Shown here piece by piece: positions 33,987 through 44,427 of a stretch of 57,998 nt of DNA. The position numbers and the translations under genes were made by a program. Under the pieces are notes generated by a model. That model was not told where the DNA came from, did no database searches, and saw only the letters and a list, made by a program, of their open reading frames with translations. The stretch is from Pseudomonadota bacterium (lineage in GTDB: Bacteria; Pseudomonadota; Gammaproteobacteria; Burkholderiales; Rhodocyclaceae), in the NCBI GenBank assembly GCA_049320945.1, contig JBMOQT010000278.1, forward strand, positions 1 through 57,998. Reading direction: 5' to 3'. How positions within the stretch are numbered: position 1 is the first letter of the stretch; each line of letters starts with the position of its first letter.

Positions 33987-34019
33987 AAAAAAAAGGGCGC
34001 GGAATCCAATTCCGCGCCC
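33987..34019 (-). terminator. rho-independent terminator ending the zapB-zapA-6S transcript
   Basis: On the minus strand: GGGCGCGGAA-ttgga-TTCCGCGCCC (10-bp stem) followed by T8. Confidence 0.75.
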
Positions 34020-34040
34020 GCAACTTTACAACAGTTTGTT

Positions 34041-34252
34041 GGGATCCCCCGCCTGTGCCGTCAGGCCGGCATCCTGAACCGGTAGGTTCAGTGTGGCTGC
34101 GTTCCGGTCACCGTAGGCGCTTCCGACGGAGGGATGCGCTCAAAAGTGACGCTTGAGTCCGCGGCCTATGCCAGATAGTTGGTTCAAGGAATGTATGGCC
34201 TTGACCAACACCGCAGGGGAAATCGGTGGGCGACCAACCGCGAGGCAGGGGC
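34041..34252 (-). ncRNA. ssrS: 6S RNA (ends approximate)
   Basis: Lies immediately downstream of zapA, as in the classical zapA-ssrS arrangement. The closing stem CCCCUGCCU/AGGCGGGG pairs the two ends. An internal 3'-side hairpin CUGAACC-uacc-GGUUCAG resembles the E. coli UUGAACC-aag-GGUUCAA element. Confidence 0.6.
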
Positions 34253-34255
34253 GGG

Positions 34256-34567
34256 CTAGAACAGCTGTTCCTGGCTCGCCATCGCTGCATCGAGGCGCGC
34301 CTGCATGGACGCGATTCTACGCTTAAACTCGACTGCGTCAAAGCCGCCGGGCAACTTTAGCGAAACCAGCTCATGGGCGATGTTGAGGGCGGCCATCACT
34401 GCCAGGCGCTCCCCGCTCGCCTTGGTTTTTTCTGCTATCTCGCCCATCTTCTCGTCCACGTAGCGCACTGCGGCCTGCAGCGTCTCCCGGTCTTCCGGCT
34501 TGCAGGCGACGCGATACTCGCGCCCCAGCAGGGTGATGTCCAGGGTGTTGTCGTCGTGGGCGTTCAT
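34256..34567 (-). CDS. zapA: cell division protein ZapA
   Basis: 103 aa. ITLLGREYRVACKPEDRETLQAAVRYVDEKM is a typical ZapA core. Confidence 0.85.
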   Translation of the reverse strand: MNAHDDNTLDITLLGREYRVACKPEDRETLQAAVRYVDEKMGEIAEKTKASGERLAVMAALNIAHELVSLKLPGGFDAVEFKRRIASMQARLDAAMASQEQLF

Positions 34568-34758
34568 TGTTCAGGCAGCCTCTGCATGATGCCTTCGAGC
34601 CGGACGCACGCCGCGTCGATCTTTTCCGTCAGGCGCTTGTTCTCTGCCTCCAGCGCGGCCACGCGCGTGCGCAGCTCCTGGTTCTCGGCACGCAGCCCCT
34701 GGCACAGGGAAATGAACTGCTCGATCTTTTCTTCGAGCGCGAATAGTTCGCTATCCAT
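34564..34758 (-). CDS. ZapB-like coiled-coil protein (TIGR02449-type)
   Basis: 64-aa heptad-rich protein (LEEKIEQFISLCQGLRAENQELR). It overlaps the zapA start by 4 nt. Confidence 0.65.
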   Translation of the reverse strand: MDSELFALEEKIEQFISLCQGLRAENQELRTRVAALEAENKRLTEKIDAACVRLEGIMQRLPEQ

Positions 34759-34870
34759 CGCGACAACCTATAGGAAAAGTCGTTTTCGGTCAAGAAATAG
34801 CAGCCCGTTCTGCATGTTGTTTATCGCTTCCCGGAGGCGCAGTGTAGCGGAAGGGGGAGGGGAAAGTGCG

Positions 34871-34879
34871 TGCTATAAT
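34871..34879 (+). promoter_or_regulatory. extended -10 promoter element TGCTATAAT for the B12 riboswitch-btuB transcript
   Basis: Perfect TATAAT (34874-34879) with an upstream TG. There is no good -35. Confidence 0.5.
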
Positions 34880-34904
34880 CTGCCCCGCGCTCCGGGATCC
34901 TCTC

Positions 34905-35117
34905 CTGGAGGCGCAACGAGTCCCAAGGTGCCTACGCGGCGTTCCGCCGCAGGGTTAAACGGGAATGAGGTAAGTAGGCGCTTACAGGTGCCATGAAGCC
35001 TCAGCTGCCCCCGCAACGGTAAGCAAGCGCGGGCGCGCCAACCACGCCACTGGGCAACCAGCCTGGGAAGGCGGCGCGTCAAGACTTGCGAGCCCGGATA
35101 CCGGCCTTCGGACCCAC
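34905..35117 (+). promoter_or_regulatory. cobalamin (adenosylcobalamin) riboswitch
   Basis: Core elements read directly: GGGUUAAACGGGAAU, GCUGCCCCCGCAACGGUAAG, GCCACUG, GGGAAGGC and a B12-box-like AGCCCGGAUACCGGCC. It lies upstream of a TonB-dependent receptor. Confidence 0.8.
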
Positions 35118-35248
35118 ATGCGGAACTGCCGCGGGGAGCGGCGGCCGAATGCGGACCCGTCCCTTTCGACCCTCAGCTTCCTCCGGCAGTTTCATGTCGC
35201 CAATCTTTCCGGCGGCGGGGACGCGCGCCGGGAATACAGGGAGCAACC

Positions 35249-37063
<1,815 letters not shown>

Positions 37064-37066
37064 CGC

Positions 37067-38059
37067 ATGCCCTCCCGCCGCCGCGCCCTGCTGGTCCTGT
37101 CGCTGCTCGCCGCCCTCGGCGTGGCGAGCGTGCTGCTGGCGCTGGCGGCCGGCAGCATTACGGTGGCGCCGCTGGAGGTGGCACAGGCGCTGCTGGGCGA
37201 GGCCCAGGGCATGGAAGGCGAAGTGGTACGCGGGCTGCGCCTGCCCCGGGCGCTGGCGGCCTTCGCCTGCGGCGGGCTGCTGGCCCTGGCCGGGGCCATG
37301 ATGCAGGTATTGCTGCGCAACCCCCTGGCCGATCCCTATGTGCTGGGCATTTCCGGCGGCGCCGCCGTGGGGGCGCTGTCCGCCATGCTCATCGGCCTGC
37401 CCCTGGCGCTGGTGCATGGCGGCGCCTTCGCCGGGGCGCTTTGCGCCATGCTGATCGTCTTCAGCCTGGCGCGGGGCGACGGCAGCTGGACCCAGACCCG
37501 GCTGCTGCTCACCGGCGTCATCGTCGCCGCCGGCTGCGGCGCGGCGGTGGCGCTGATTCTCTCCGTCGCGCCGGAAGCCAAGCTGCACGGCATGCTGTTC
37601 TGGCTCATGGGCGACCTGGGCCAGGCCGACTCGCCCTGGCCGGCGCTGGCCATGCTGGCGGTGGGGCTCACCTGCGCCCTGCCCTTGGCCCGGGATCTCA
37701 ACCTGCTCGCCCGCGGCGACCTGGCGGCACGCGCCCTGGGCGTGCCGGTGGCGCGGCTGCGCGGCCTGGTGTACGTGGCCGCCTCGCTGCTCACGGCGGC
37801 GTCGGTGACCACCACGGGCAGCGTCGGCTTCGTCGGCCTGATCGTGCCGCACCTGGTGCGCCTGGCCATCGGCAACGACCAGCGCATCCTGCTGCCCGCC
37901 GCGGCCCTGGCGGGCGGGGCGCTGCTGACCGCCGCCGATACCCTGGCGCGCACCATCGTCGCCCCCCAGCAGCTGCCGGTGGGCGTGCTCACGGCCCTCA
38001 TCGGCGTGCCGGTATTCCTGTTTCTCCTGACCCGCAACCCCCGGGGGGCGCGCCCATGA
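37067..38059 (+). CDS. FecCD-family ABC permease (BtuC-like)
   Basis: 330 aa. LLRNPLADPYVLGISGGA and GVLTALIGVPVFLFLL are FecCD signatures. Confidence 0.85.
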   Translation: MPSRRRALLVLSLLAALGVASVLLALAAGSITVAPLEVAQALLGEAQGMEGEVVRGLRLPRALAAFACGGLLALAGAMMQVLLRNPLADPYVLGISGGAAVGALSAMLIGLPLALVHGGAFAGALCAMLIVFSLARGDGSWTQTRLLLTGVIVAAGCGAAVALILSVAPEAKLHGMLFWLMGDLGQADSPWPALAMLAVGLTCALPLARDLNLLARGDLAARALGVPVARLRGLVYVAASLLTAASVTTTGSVGFVGLIVPHLVRLAIGNDQRILLPAAALAGGALLTAADTLARTIVAPQQLPVGVLTALIGVPVFLFLLTRNPRGARP

Positions 38060-38928
38060 TGCCTCAGCCCCACCCTCCCGCGGAGCCGGCGGCCCTCCCG
38101 GAGCGGGGCGAGCCGGCGCCGGCCGCGGCGCAAAACGATGCCCGCGCGCCCCACACGACCGGGCCCCTGCTCGCCGTGACCGGCCTCGAGGTCACCGTGG
38201 GCGAGGTGCGCGTCACCGCCGACCTGGGCTTCACCCTGCAGGCGGGCGAGCGCCTGGTCATCCTGGGCCGTAACGGCGCCGGCAAGACCACGCTGCTGCA
38301 CACCCTGGCCGGACTGCGGCCGCCCGCGCGCGGCACCATCGAACTGTGCGGCGCGCCCCTCGACGCCATGGACGCTCGCCGGGCCGCGCGCCTGCGGGGG
38401 CTGCTGCCCCAGCACCATCTCGACGCCTTTCCGTCCACGGTGCTGGAGACGGCGCTGACCGGGCGCCATCCCCATCTCGCCCGCTGGTCGTGGGAGGGCG
38501 CCCATGACGAACGCATCGCCCGCGCCGCCCTGGCCGCCGTGGGCCTGGCGCAGCTGGCGCAGCGCGACGTGCATACCCTGTCCGGCGGCGAGCGCCAGCG
38601 CCTGGCGATCGCCGCCTTGCTGGCCCAGCAGCCGCTGCTGTATCTGCTGGACGAGCCCCTGGCCCATCTGGATCTCAATCATCAGATCGCCGTGCTCAAC
38701 CTGTTGGCCGAACGCGCACGCAGCGACGGCGTGGGCATCGTCATGGTGCTGCACGACATCAATCTCGCCCTGCATTACGGCGATCGGGCGCTGCTGTTGT
38801 TCGGCGACGGCAGCACCGAGGAAGGGCCGGTGCACACGGTGTTGCAGGCGCCGGCCCTGTCCCGCCTGTACGGCCACCCCTTGCGGGAGATCCGCGACGG
38901 CGCCATGCGCCACTTCGTTCCGGTATGA
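38056..38928 (+). CDS. ABC transporter ATP-binding protein (BtuD/FecE-like)
   Basis: ATG 38056 overlaps the permease stop (ATGA). Walker A GRNGAGKTTLL, signature LSGGERQR, Walker B LLYLLDEP. Only the last 290 codons of track ORF 36316..38928 are genuine. Confidence 0.85.
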   Translation: MMPQPHPPAEPAALPERGEPAPAAAQNDARAPHTTGPLLAVTGLEVTVGEVRVTADLGFTLQAGERLVILGRNGAGKTTLLHTLAGLRPPARGTIELCGAPLDAMDARRAARLRGLLPQHHLDAFPSTVLETALTGRHPHLARWSWEGAHDERIARAALAAVGLAQLAQRDVHTLSGGERQRLAIAALLAQQPLLYLLDEPLAHLDLNHQIAVLNLLAERARSDGVGIVMVLHDINLALHYGDRALLLFGDGSTEEGPVHTVLQAPALSRLYGHPLREIRDGAMRHFVPV

Positions 38929-38936
38929 GGAAGACA

Positions 38937-39542
38937 ATGAACGACGACATCAACGAACGCCACGCGGCGCGCATGCGGCGCAAGAAGGCCGTGGTGGATC
39001 AACACATCGCCGCCGCCCGGGAAGAACGGGGCGTGCTGGTGGTCAATACGGGCAACGGCAAGGGCAAGTCCAGCTCCGGTTTCGGCATGGTGGCGCGCGC
39101 CCTGGGCCACGGCATGAAGGTGGGTGTGGTGGTGTTCATCAAGGGCCGCGACGATACGGGCGAGGAGCGCTTCTTCCGCCGCTTCCCCGGCGAGGTGAGC
39201 TACCACGTAATGGGCGAGGGCTTCACCTGGGAGACCCAGGACCGGGAACGGGACATGGCCAAGGCCCAGGCCGCCTGGGACAGGGCGCGGCAACTGCTGG
39301 GCGATCCAGCCGTCGGCCTGGTGCTGCTGGACGAGCTGAACATCGCCCTCAAAATGGGCTACCTGGACGTGGCGCGGGTGCTGGCCGACATCGCCGCGCG
39401 CCCGCGCCACCAGCACGTGGTCGTCACCGGGCGCGGCGCGCCCCAGGCGCTGATCGAAGCGGCAGACACGGTGACCGACATGACCCTGGTCAAGCACGCC
39501 TTCGCCGCCGGCGTGAAGGCCCAGCCGGGCATCGAATGGTGA
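38937..39542 (+). CDS. cobO: cob(I)yrinic acid a,c-diamide adenosyltransferase
   Basis: GVLVVNTGNGKGKSSSGFG P-loop and LDELNIAL. ATG 38937 is preceded by GAGGA; the alternative start is 38925. Confidence 0.85.
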   Translation: MNDDINERHAARMRRKKAVVDQHIAAAREERGVLVVNTGNGKGKSSSGFGMVARALGHGMKVGVVVFIKGRDDTGEERFFRRFPGEVSYHVMGEGFTWETQDRERDMAKAQAAWDRARQLLGDPAVGLVLLDELNIALKMGYLDVARVLADIAARPRHQHVVVTGRGAPQALIEAADTVTDMTLVKHAFAAGVKAQPGIEW

Positions 39543-40819
39543 GATCCTGCCCCGCCCTGTTCATCGCCGCCCCGGCCTCGGGCCAGGGCAAGACCACGGT
39601 CACCGCCGGCCTGGCGCGGCTCCATGCCCGCGCCGGGCGGCGCGTGCGCGTGTTCAAGTGCGGGCCCGATTTCCTCGATCCCCAGATCCTGGCCGTGGCC
39701 TCGGGGGCGCCGGTCCATAACCTGGATCTATGGATGTGCGGCGAGGCGGACGCCGCGGCCCGCCTTTACCAAGCGGCGGGGGAAGCGGATCTGGTCCTGG
39801 TGGAGGGCGTCATGGGCCTGTACGATGGGGAGCCTTCGGGAGCCGCCATCGCCCGCCGCTTCGGCCTGCCCGTCCTGGCGGTGATCGACGGCGCCGCCAT
39901 GGCCCAGACTTTCGGCGCCGTGGCGCTGGGGCTGGCAAGCTATGAAGCCGGCCTGACTTTCGCCGGGGTGCTGGCCAATGGCGTGGGCAGCGCCGGGCAC
40001 GCGGCGCTGCTGGCCGCGAGCCTGCCGCCGCAACTGCCCTGGTATGGCCACCTGCCCCGCGACGCGGACGCGGCCCTGCCGGAGCGCCACCTGGGGCTGG
40101 TGCAGGCCCAAGAGCTGGAGGATCTCGTCGTGCGCCTGGACCGGGTGGCCGACGCCCTGGCGGCCAGCGCCGCCGCCCGGCTGCCGCCGGCGGCGCAGTT
40201 CGCGCCCCAGGCCCTGCCGGCGCCGCCGCCCCTGCTGGCGGGCAGGAAAATCGCCGTGGCGCGGGATGCCGCCTTCGCCTTCATCTATCCGGCCAACCTG
40301 GCCACCCTGGCGGCGCTGGGTGCCGAAGTGGTGTTCTTCTCGCCCCTGGCCGATGCCGCCCTTCCCGAGTGCGACGCCCTATGGCTGCCGGGCGGCTACC
40401 CGGAGCTGCACGGGGCGCGCCTGGCCGGCAATCGCCCCATGCTCGACGCCCTGCGCGCCCATCACGCCCGGGACAAGCCGACGCTGGCGGAATGCGGCGG
40501 CATGATGGCCTTGTTCGATACCCTGGTGGACACCCAGGGGGCACGCCACCGGCTGGCCGGGATCATCCCGGGGGAGGTGGCCATGGGCTCGCGCCTGGCG
40601 GCGCTGGGCGTGCAGCGGTTGGATTTCCCCGAAGGGGCGCTGCGCGGCCATACCTTCCATTACTCGACCGCCGCCACGCCCCTGGCGCCGGCGTTGCGGG
40701 CGCGTACCCCGCGCGAAGGCGCGGGCGAGGCGGTCTATCGCTGCGGCCGGCTGACCGCCTCCTACGTGCACCTGTACTTTCCCTCCAATCCCTGGGCCGT
40801 CGCCCGGCTGCTGGGCTGA
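39536..40819 (+). CDS. cobB: cobyrinic acid a,c-diamide synthase
   Basis: ALFIAAPASGQGKTTVTAGL...KCGPDFLDP plus a C-terminal glutamine amidotransferase (AECGGMM). It overlaps the cobO stop. Confidence 0.85.
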   Translation: MVRSCPALFIAAPASGQGKTTVTAGLARLHARAGRRVRVFKCGPDFLDPQILAVASGAPVHNLDLWMCGEADAAARLYQAAGEADLVLVEGVMGLYDGEPSGAAIARRFGLPVLAVIDGAAMAQTFGAVALGLASYEAGLTFAGVLANGVGSAGHAALLAASLPPQLPWYGHLPRDADAALPERHLGLVQAQELEDLVVRLDRVADALAASAAARLPPAAQFAPQALPAPPPLLAGRKIAVARDAAFAFIYPANLATLAALGAEVVFFSPLADAALPECDALWLPGGYPELHGARLAGNRPMLDALRAHHARDKPTLAECGGMMALFDTLVDTQGARHRLAGIIPGEVAMGSRLAALGVQRLDFPEGALRGHTFHYSTAATPLAPALRARTPREGAGEAVYRCGRLTASYVHLYFPSNPWAVARLLG

Positions 40820-40833
40820 CGGGCCCGGCGCGC

Positions 40834-41181
40834 TCACGAAGCCGCAGCGCCGGCCAGGCCATCGATCTTGGCCGCCAGGATGAAGTCGTTTTCGTGCAGG
40901 CCCTTGATCTTCTTGGTCATGAGCGAGACCGTCGCATAACCCCAGCCGAAGCTCACGTCCGGGTGGTGGCCCTCGGCCTCGGCCAGCTCACCCACCTGCT
41001 GCACGAAGTGCAAGGCCTCCCGGAAATTCCCGAAGCGGAAAGTGCGCTCGATGCGGTGGGCGTCGTCCAGCAGCGCCCAGTCGGGGGTTTGCGCGCGCAG
41101 GCGCTCCGCTTCCGCCTGGGTGAGCGGCGGGATGCCGCCCTGGCACGGGGTACAGGTCTTTTGCACGAGATTGGCCGACAT
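40834..41181 (-). CDS. phhB: pterin-4-alpha-carbinolamine dehydratase
   Basis: 115 aa. ...EAEGHHPDVSFGWGYATVSL...GLHENDFILAAKID. Confidence 0.85.
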   Translation of the reverse strand: MSANLVQKTCTPCQGGIPPLTQAEAERLRAQTPDWALLDDAHRIERTFRFGNFREALHFVQQVGELAEAEGHHPDVSFGWGYATVSLMTKKIKGLHENDFILAAKIDGLAGAAAS

Positions 41182-41303
41182 AAATCCTCCTCAAAGTACG
41201 CTCCAATAAACGTCTGAGACCGCAATGAACCCGCGGCGATCCGCGGCTTGGCCATGGTCTAAGATGAATTGATGCCCCGTGTGCCTGCCGTCCGGGAGGA
41301 ATC

Positions 41304-42011
41304 ATGACGCAGAAGGAGTCCCAGGAAGCACCGGCCGCTGCCGAGGCCGCCCCGGCCCTGTCCGGCGAACAGATCCGGGAGGCCGCCAGCGCAGCGGTCC
41401 GGGAAGGCACGGACATCCGCAGCAAGGTGCACGATCTGACCCTGCTGGCGCTGAAGAAGCGGCGCTTCGACCGGCACGGCCTGCGCGACGTGGTACGGGC
41501 GGTCACCGAAGGCATCGCCCTGGGGGCCGAGAAGAGCCGCGGGGACATGCGCCAGGCCCTGTCCGACGCGTTCCGCGGCCTCGACCAGGCCCTGGTGAAG
41601 TCGGCCGAAGCGGGAAGCACGGCCCTGAAGCAGCTCGCCACCTCCAGCAAGGACTTCTCCGACCACGAGTTCAAACAGGCGCTCGCCAACATGCGCAAGC
41701 TGGAGGACGACTTCCTGTCCACGGTGGAGCAGGTCGCCGACGCCGCCAGCGAGAAAGTCCGGCCCGAACTGCGCAAGCTCCTGAGCACGGCACGGCACAG
41801 CGGCACCGACACGGGCAAGCAGGTCGCCGCGGCCATGGGCGAGTTGGCCCAGCGCTTCGCCGCCGCATCCCTGGATGTGACCATCGCCGGCCTGGAGGCA
41901 GCGAGCGAGTTCGGCGCGCGCTTCGCCCAGATCGCCAGCGGCGTCCTCGCCGGCCTCGCCGACGCGCTGCGCGAGCCCGAGAAGAAAGAGGAGACGAAGA
42001 AAGAGAGCTGA
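41304..42011 (+). CDS. alanine-rich all-helical hypothetical protein (phasin-like), translationally coupled to the ABC1 kinase
   Basis: 235 aa, with no recognisable catalytic motif. GGGAGGA SD. Its stop overlaps the next ATG (TGATG). Confidence 0.6.
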   Translation: MTQKESQEAPAAAEAAPALSGEQIREAASAAVREGTDIRSKVHDLTLLALKKRRFDRHGLRDVVRAVTEGIALGAEKSRGDMRQALSDAFRGLDQALVKSAEAGSTALKQLATSSKDFSDHEFKQALANMRKLEDDFLSTVEQVADAASEKVRPELRKLLSTARHSGTDTGKQVAAAMGELAQRFAAASLDVTIAGLEAASEFGARFAQIASGVLAGLADALREPEKKEETKKES

Positions 42012-43699
42012 TGCTCCGCGAGACCATCAGCGTCATGCGGGACCTGCCGCGCCTGCATGAAATCACCTCGGTCCTGATCCGGCACGGCCTCGGCGACCTG
42101 GTCCGACGTCTGGGCATCGCCAACATCCTGGAGCGTGCCGGCGAGATCCTGCAATGGGGCGAGGCGGGCGAAACCGCGACCCTGGATCCGCCCCAGCGGG
42201 TGCGGCGCGCGCTGGAGCAGCTGGGTCCCACCTTCATCAAGCTGGGCCAGGTCATGGCCACCCGCATGGACCTGTTCCCGCCCAGCTGGATCGCCGAGTT
42301 CGAGAAGCTGCAGAGCACGGTGCCGCCCGTGGCCTTCGCGGAACTGTTGCCGGAGCTGGAGCGGGCGCTGGGCCGCTCGCCGTTCGAAGTGTTCCGCGAC
42401 ATCGACACCCAGGCGTTTGGCTCGGCCTCGATCGCCCAGGTGCATCGGGCCCGGCTCCCGGACGGCACGCCGGTGGTGCTCAAGATCCGCCGCCCGGGGA
42501 TCCGGCCCAAGATCGAGGCGGACCTGCGCATCCTGTTCCATCTCGCCGAGCTGCTCGAATCCGAGATGCCCGAAATCCGGCGCTACCAGCCGACCCAGGT
42601 GGCGGCGCAGTTCGCGCGCTCCCTGGAGCGCGAACTGGATCTGGCGCTGGAGGCGCGCAACGTGCAGCGCTTCGCCAAGAACTTCGCCGACGACCCGTTC
42701 GTGGTCATCCCCAAGGTCTATCCGGAATGGACGTGCGAGGTCATGAACGTCCAGGATCATGTCATCGGCATTCCGGCGACCGATCTCGCGGCGGTGGACC
42801 GGGCCGGTCTCGACCGGAAACTGCTCGCGGCGCGCGGCGTCGACGCCATTCTCAAGATGATCCTGGTGGACGGCTTCTTCCACGCCGATCCCCACCCGGG
42901 GAACGTGTTCTACCTGCCCGGCAACCGCCTGGCGATGATCGACTTCGGCATGGTCGGGCGCCTGTCCCAGCTGCGGCGCAACCAGGTGGTGGATCTGCTG
43001 GCGGGGGTGTCGCGCATGGACGAGGAGCCGATGATCGACGTCCTGCTTGACTGGGCCGGGGACGCCTACGTGGATGAGGCCAAGCTTGCCGCCGACGTGG
43101 ACGAGCTCGTGTTCGAGTACGAGGGTATGCCCCTCAAGGACATCCGCGTGGCAAACCTGCTGCGCCAGTTCACCGCCATCATCCGCGAGCACTCGATCGT
43201 GCTGCCCCCGGACCTGACGCTGATGTTCAAGGCGCTGATCACCCTCGAAGGGCTCGGTCGGCAGTACGACCCGGATTTCCACCTCATCGAGCATTTGACC
43301 CCGCCCCTGCGCCACGCGCTCATCGAGCGCTATCGCCCGTCTTCTCTGGTGCAGCGCGGGCGTAGCAATGTCGCCGGCTTCCTCAACATGGTGGGCAGCG
43401 TGCCCCGCGATCTGGCGCGCCTGCTGGCGGAGGCACGCCGCGGCAAGACCAAGATCGACCTGGATCTCAAGCGCCTGGACCGCTTCGGGCACCAGCTCGA
43501 CCGCACCCTCGACCGCACCACGGTGGGCATCATGACCGCCTCCCTGGTGATCGGCTCATCCATCGTCATGACCGTCACCGGCGGGCCGTCGTTGTTCGGC
43601 ATGCCGCTGTTCACTCTGCTGGGTCTGCTGGGCTACCTGATCGCCTTCGTCAACAGCCTGTGGATCATCTTCGGCATCTGGCGCTCGGGCAAGGAATGA
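42011..43699 (+). CDS. ABC1/UbiB-family atypical kinase with C-terminal TM anchors
   Basis: LGPTFIKLGQVMATRMDLFP...ASIAQVHRARL...FHADPHPGNVF...IDFGMVG are ABC1 signatures. Two C-terminal hydrophobic helices. Confidence 0.85.
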   Translation: MLRETISVMRDLPRLHEITSVLIRHGLGDLVRRLGIANILERAGEILQWGEAGETATLDPPQRVRRALEQLGPTFIKLGQVMATRMDLFPPSWIAEFEKLQSTVPPVAFAELLPELERALGRSPFEVFRDIDTQAFGSASIAQVHRARLPDGTPVVLKIRRPGIRPKIEADLRILFHLAELLESEMPEIRRYQPTQVAAQFARSLERELDLALEARNVQRFAKNFADDPFVVIPKVYPEWTCEVMNVQDHVIGIPATDLAAVDRAGLDRKLLAARGVDAILKMILVDGFFHADPHPGNVFYLPGNRLAMIDFGMVGRLSQLRRNQVVDLLAGVSRMDEEPMIDVLLDWAGDAYVDEAKLAADVDELVFEYEGMPLKDIRVANLLRQFTAIIREHSIVLPPDLTLMFKALITLEGLGRQYDPDFHLIEHLTPPLRHALIERYRPSSLVQRGRSNVAGFLNMVGSVPRDLARLLAEARRGKTKIDLDLKRLDRFGHQLDRTLDRTTVGIMTASLVIGSSIVMTVTGGPSLFGMPLFTLLGLLGYLIAFVNSLWIIFGIWRSGKE

Positions 43700-43714
43700 A
43701 CCTGAACAATTCGA

Positions 43715-44413
43715 TTATTTGCCCTTGATGAAGCCGTACTCGATCAGCCGCAGGTCCTCGTCCCTGACCAGCCCGATCCCGGGGGCATAATATTTGTACT
43801 CTCTCGCGCCGATTTCGATGGCCGAGCCTTCCCTGACTTTCAGGCACTTGGCGAACGTACCCGCGGGCGTCCTGCAGGTCTCGTCGAGACTGACGATCTC
43901 CGCCCGGTCCATCGCCACGCCGGGCGCGATCTCCTGGTAGTACTTCATCTTCAATTTCGGCGTTCCGGCCATCATCAGGCCGGGGCGGTTGCCGTTCTGG
44001 CCCGCGAGCCACGAGCCGTCGTGCTTGACCACCTTGCCGTCCCGGTAGAAATCCACGTCCTCGCCGAAGTAGAACACGTCCCTGGTCTGCTCGCACAGGG
44101 CGAAGTAATTCCTCGAGACTTCGTACAGCTTCCCGTCTTTCCACTCCCTCTCCTCGACCACGCGCGTGACGATCCCATCGACCATCCTGGTTTCATCGAG
44201 GACCGTGATCTCGAGCTTCGTGTCATCCCCCTGGAGGACGAGCCGGAAACCGGGCTCCAGGACGAAGTAGTCATTGCGACCCGTCGTCAGCAGTTGGCAC
44301 TGGGAGATACCGAACTCCTCCTGCCACGGCGAGTTCCTTGCCTTGACTTGCGCATGGGCGGCGGCAGCCGCCAAGATCGCCGCAACGGCGAAGGCAAATG
44401 CTCGGGTAATCAT
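43715..44413 (-). CDS. secreted hypothetical protein, last gene of the RND cluster
   Basis: MITRAFAFAVAAILAAAAAHA signal peptide, AAAGGAG SD, and no recognisable family. Confidence 0.65.
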   Translation of the reverse strand: MITRAFAFAVAAILAAAAAHAQVKARNSPWQEEFGISQCQLLTTGRNDYFVLEPGFRLVLQGDDTKLEITVLDETRMVDGIVTRVVEEREWKDGKLYEVSRNYFALCEQTRDVFYFGEDVDFYRDGKVVKHDGSWLAGQNGNRPGLMMAGTPKLKMKYYQEIAPGVAMDRAEIVSLDETCRTPAGTFAKCLKVREGSAIEIGAREYKYYAPGIGLVRDEDLRLIEYGFIKGK

Positions 44414-44427
44414 GGAACGCTCCTTTC

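Noticed and set aside
40988-43492. 834-aa minus-strand ORF opposite the phasin-like gene and ABC1 kinase
   Set aside because: It is antisense to a kinase with all ABC1 signatures, and it also overlaps phhB in another frame. No motifs.
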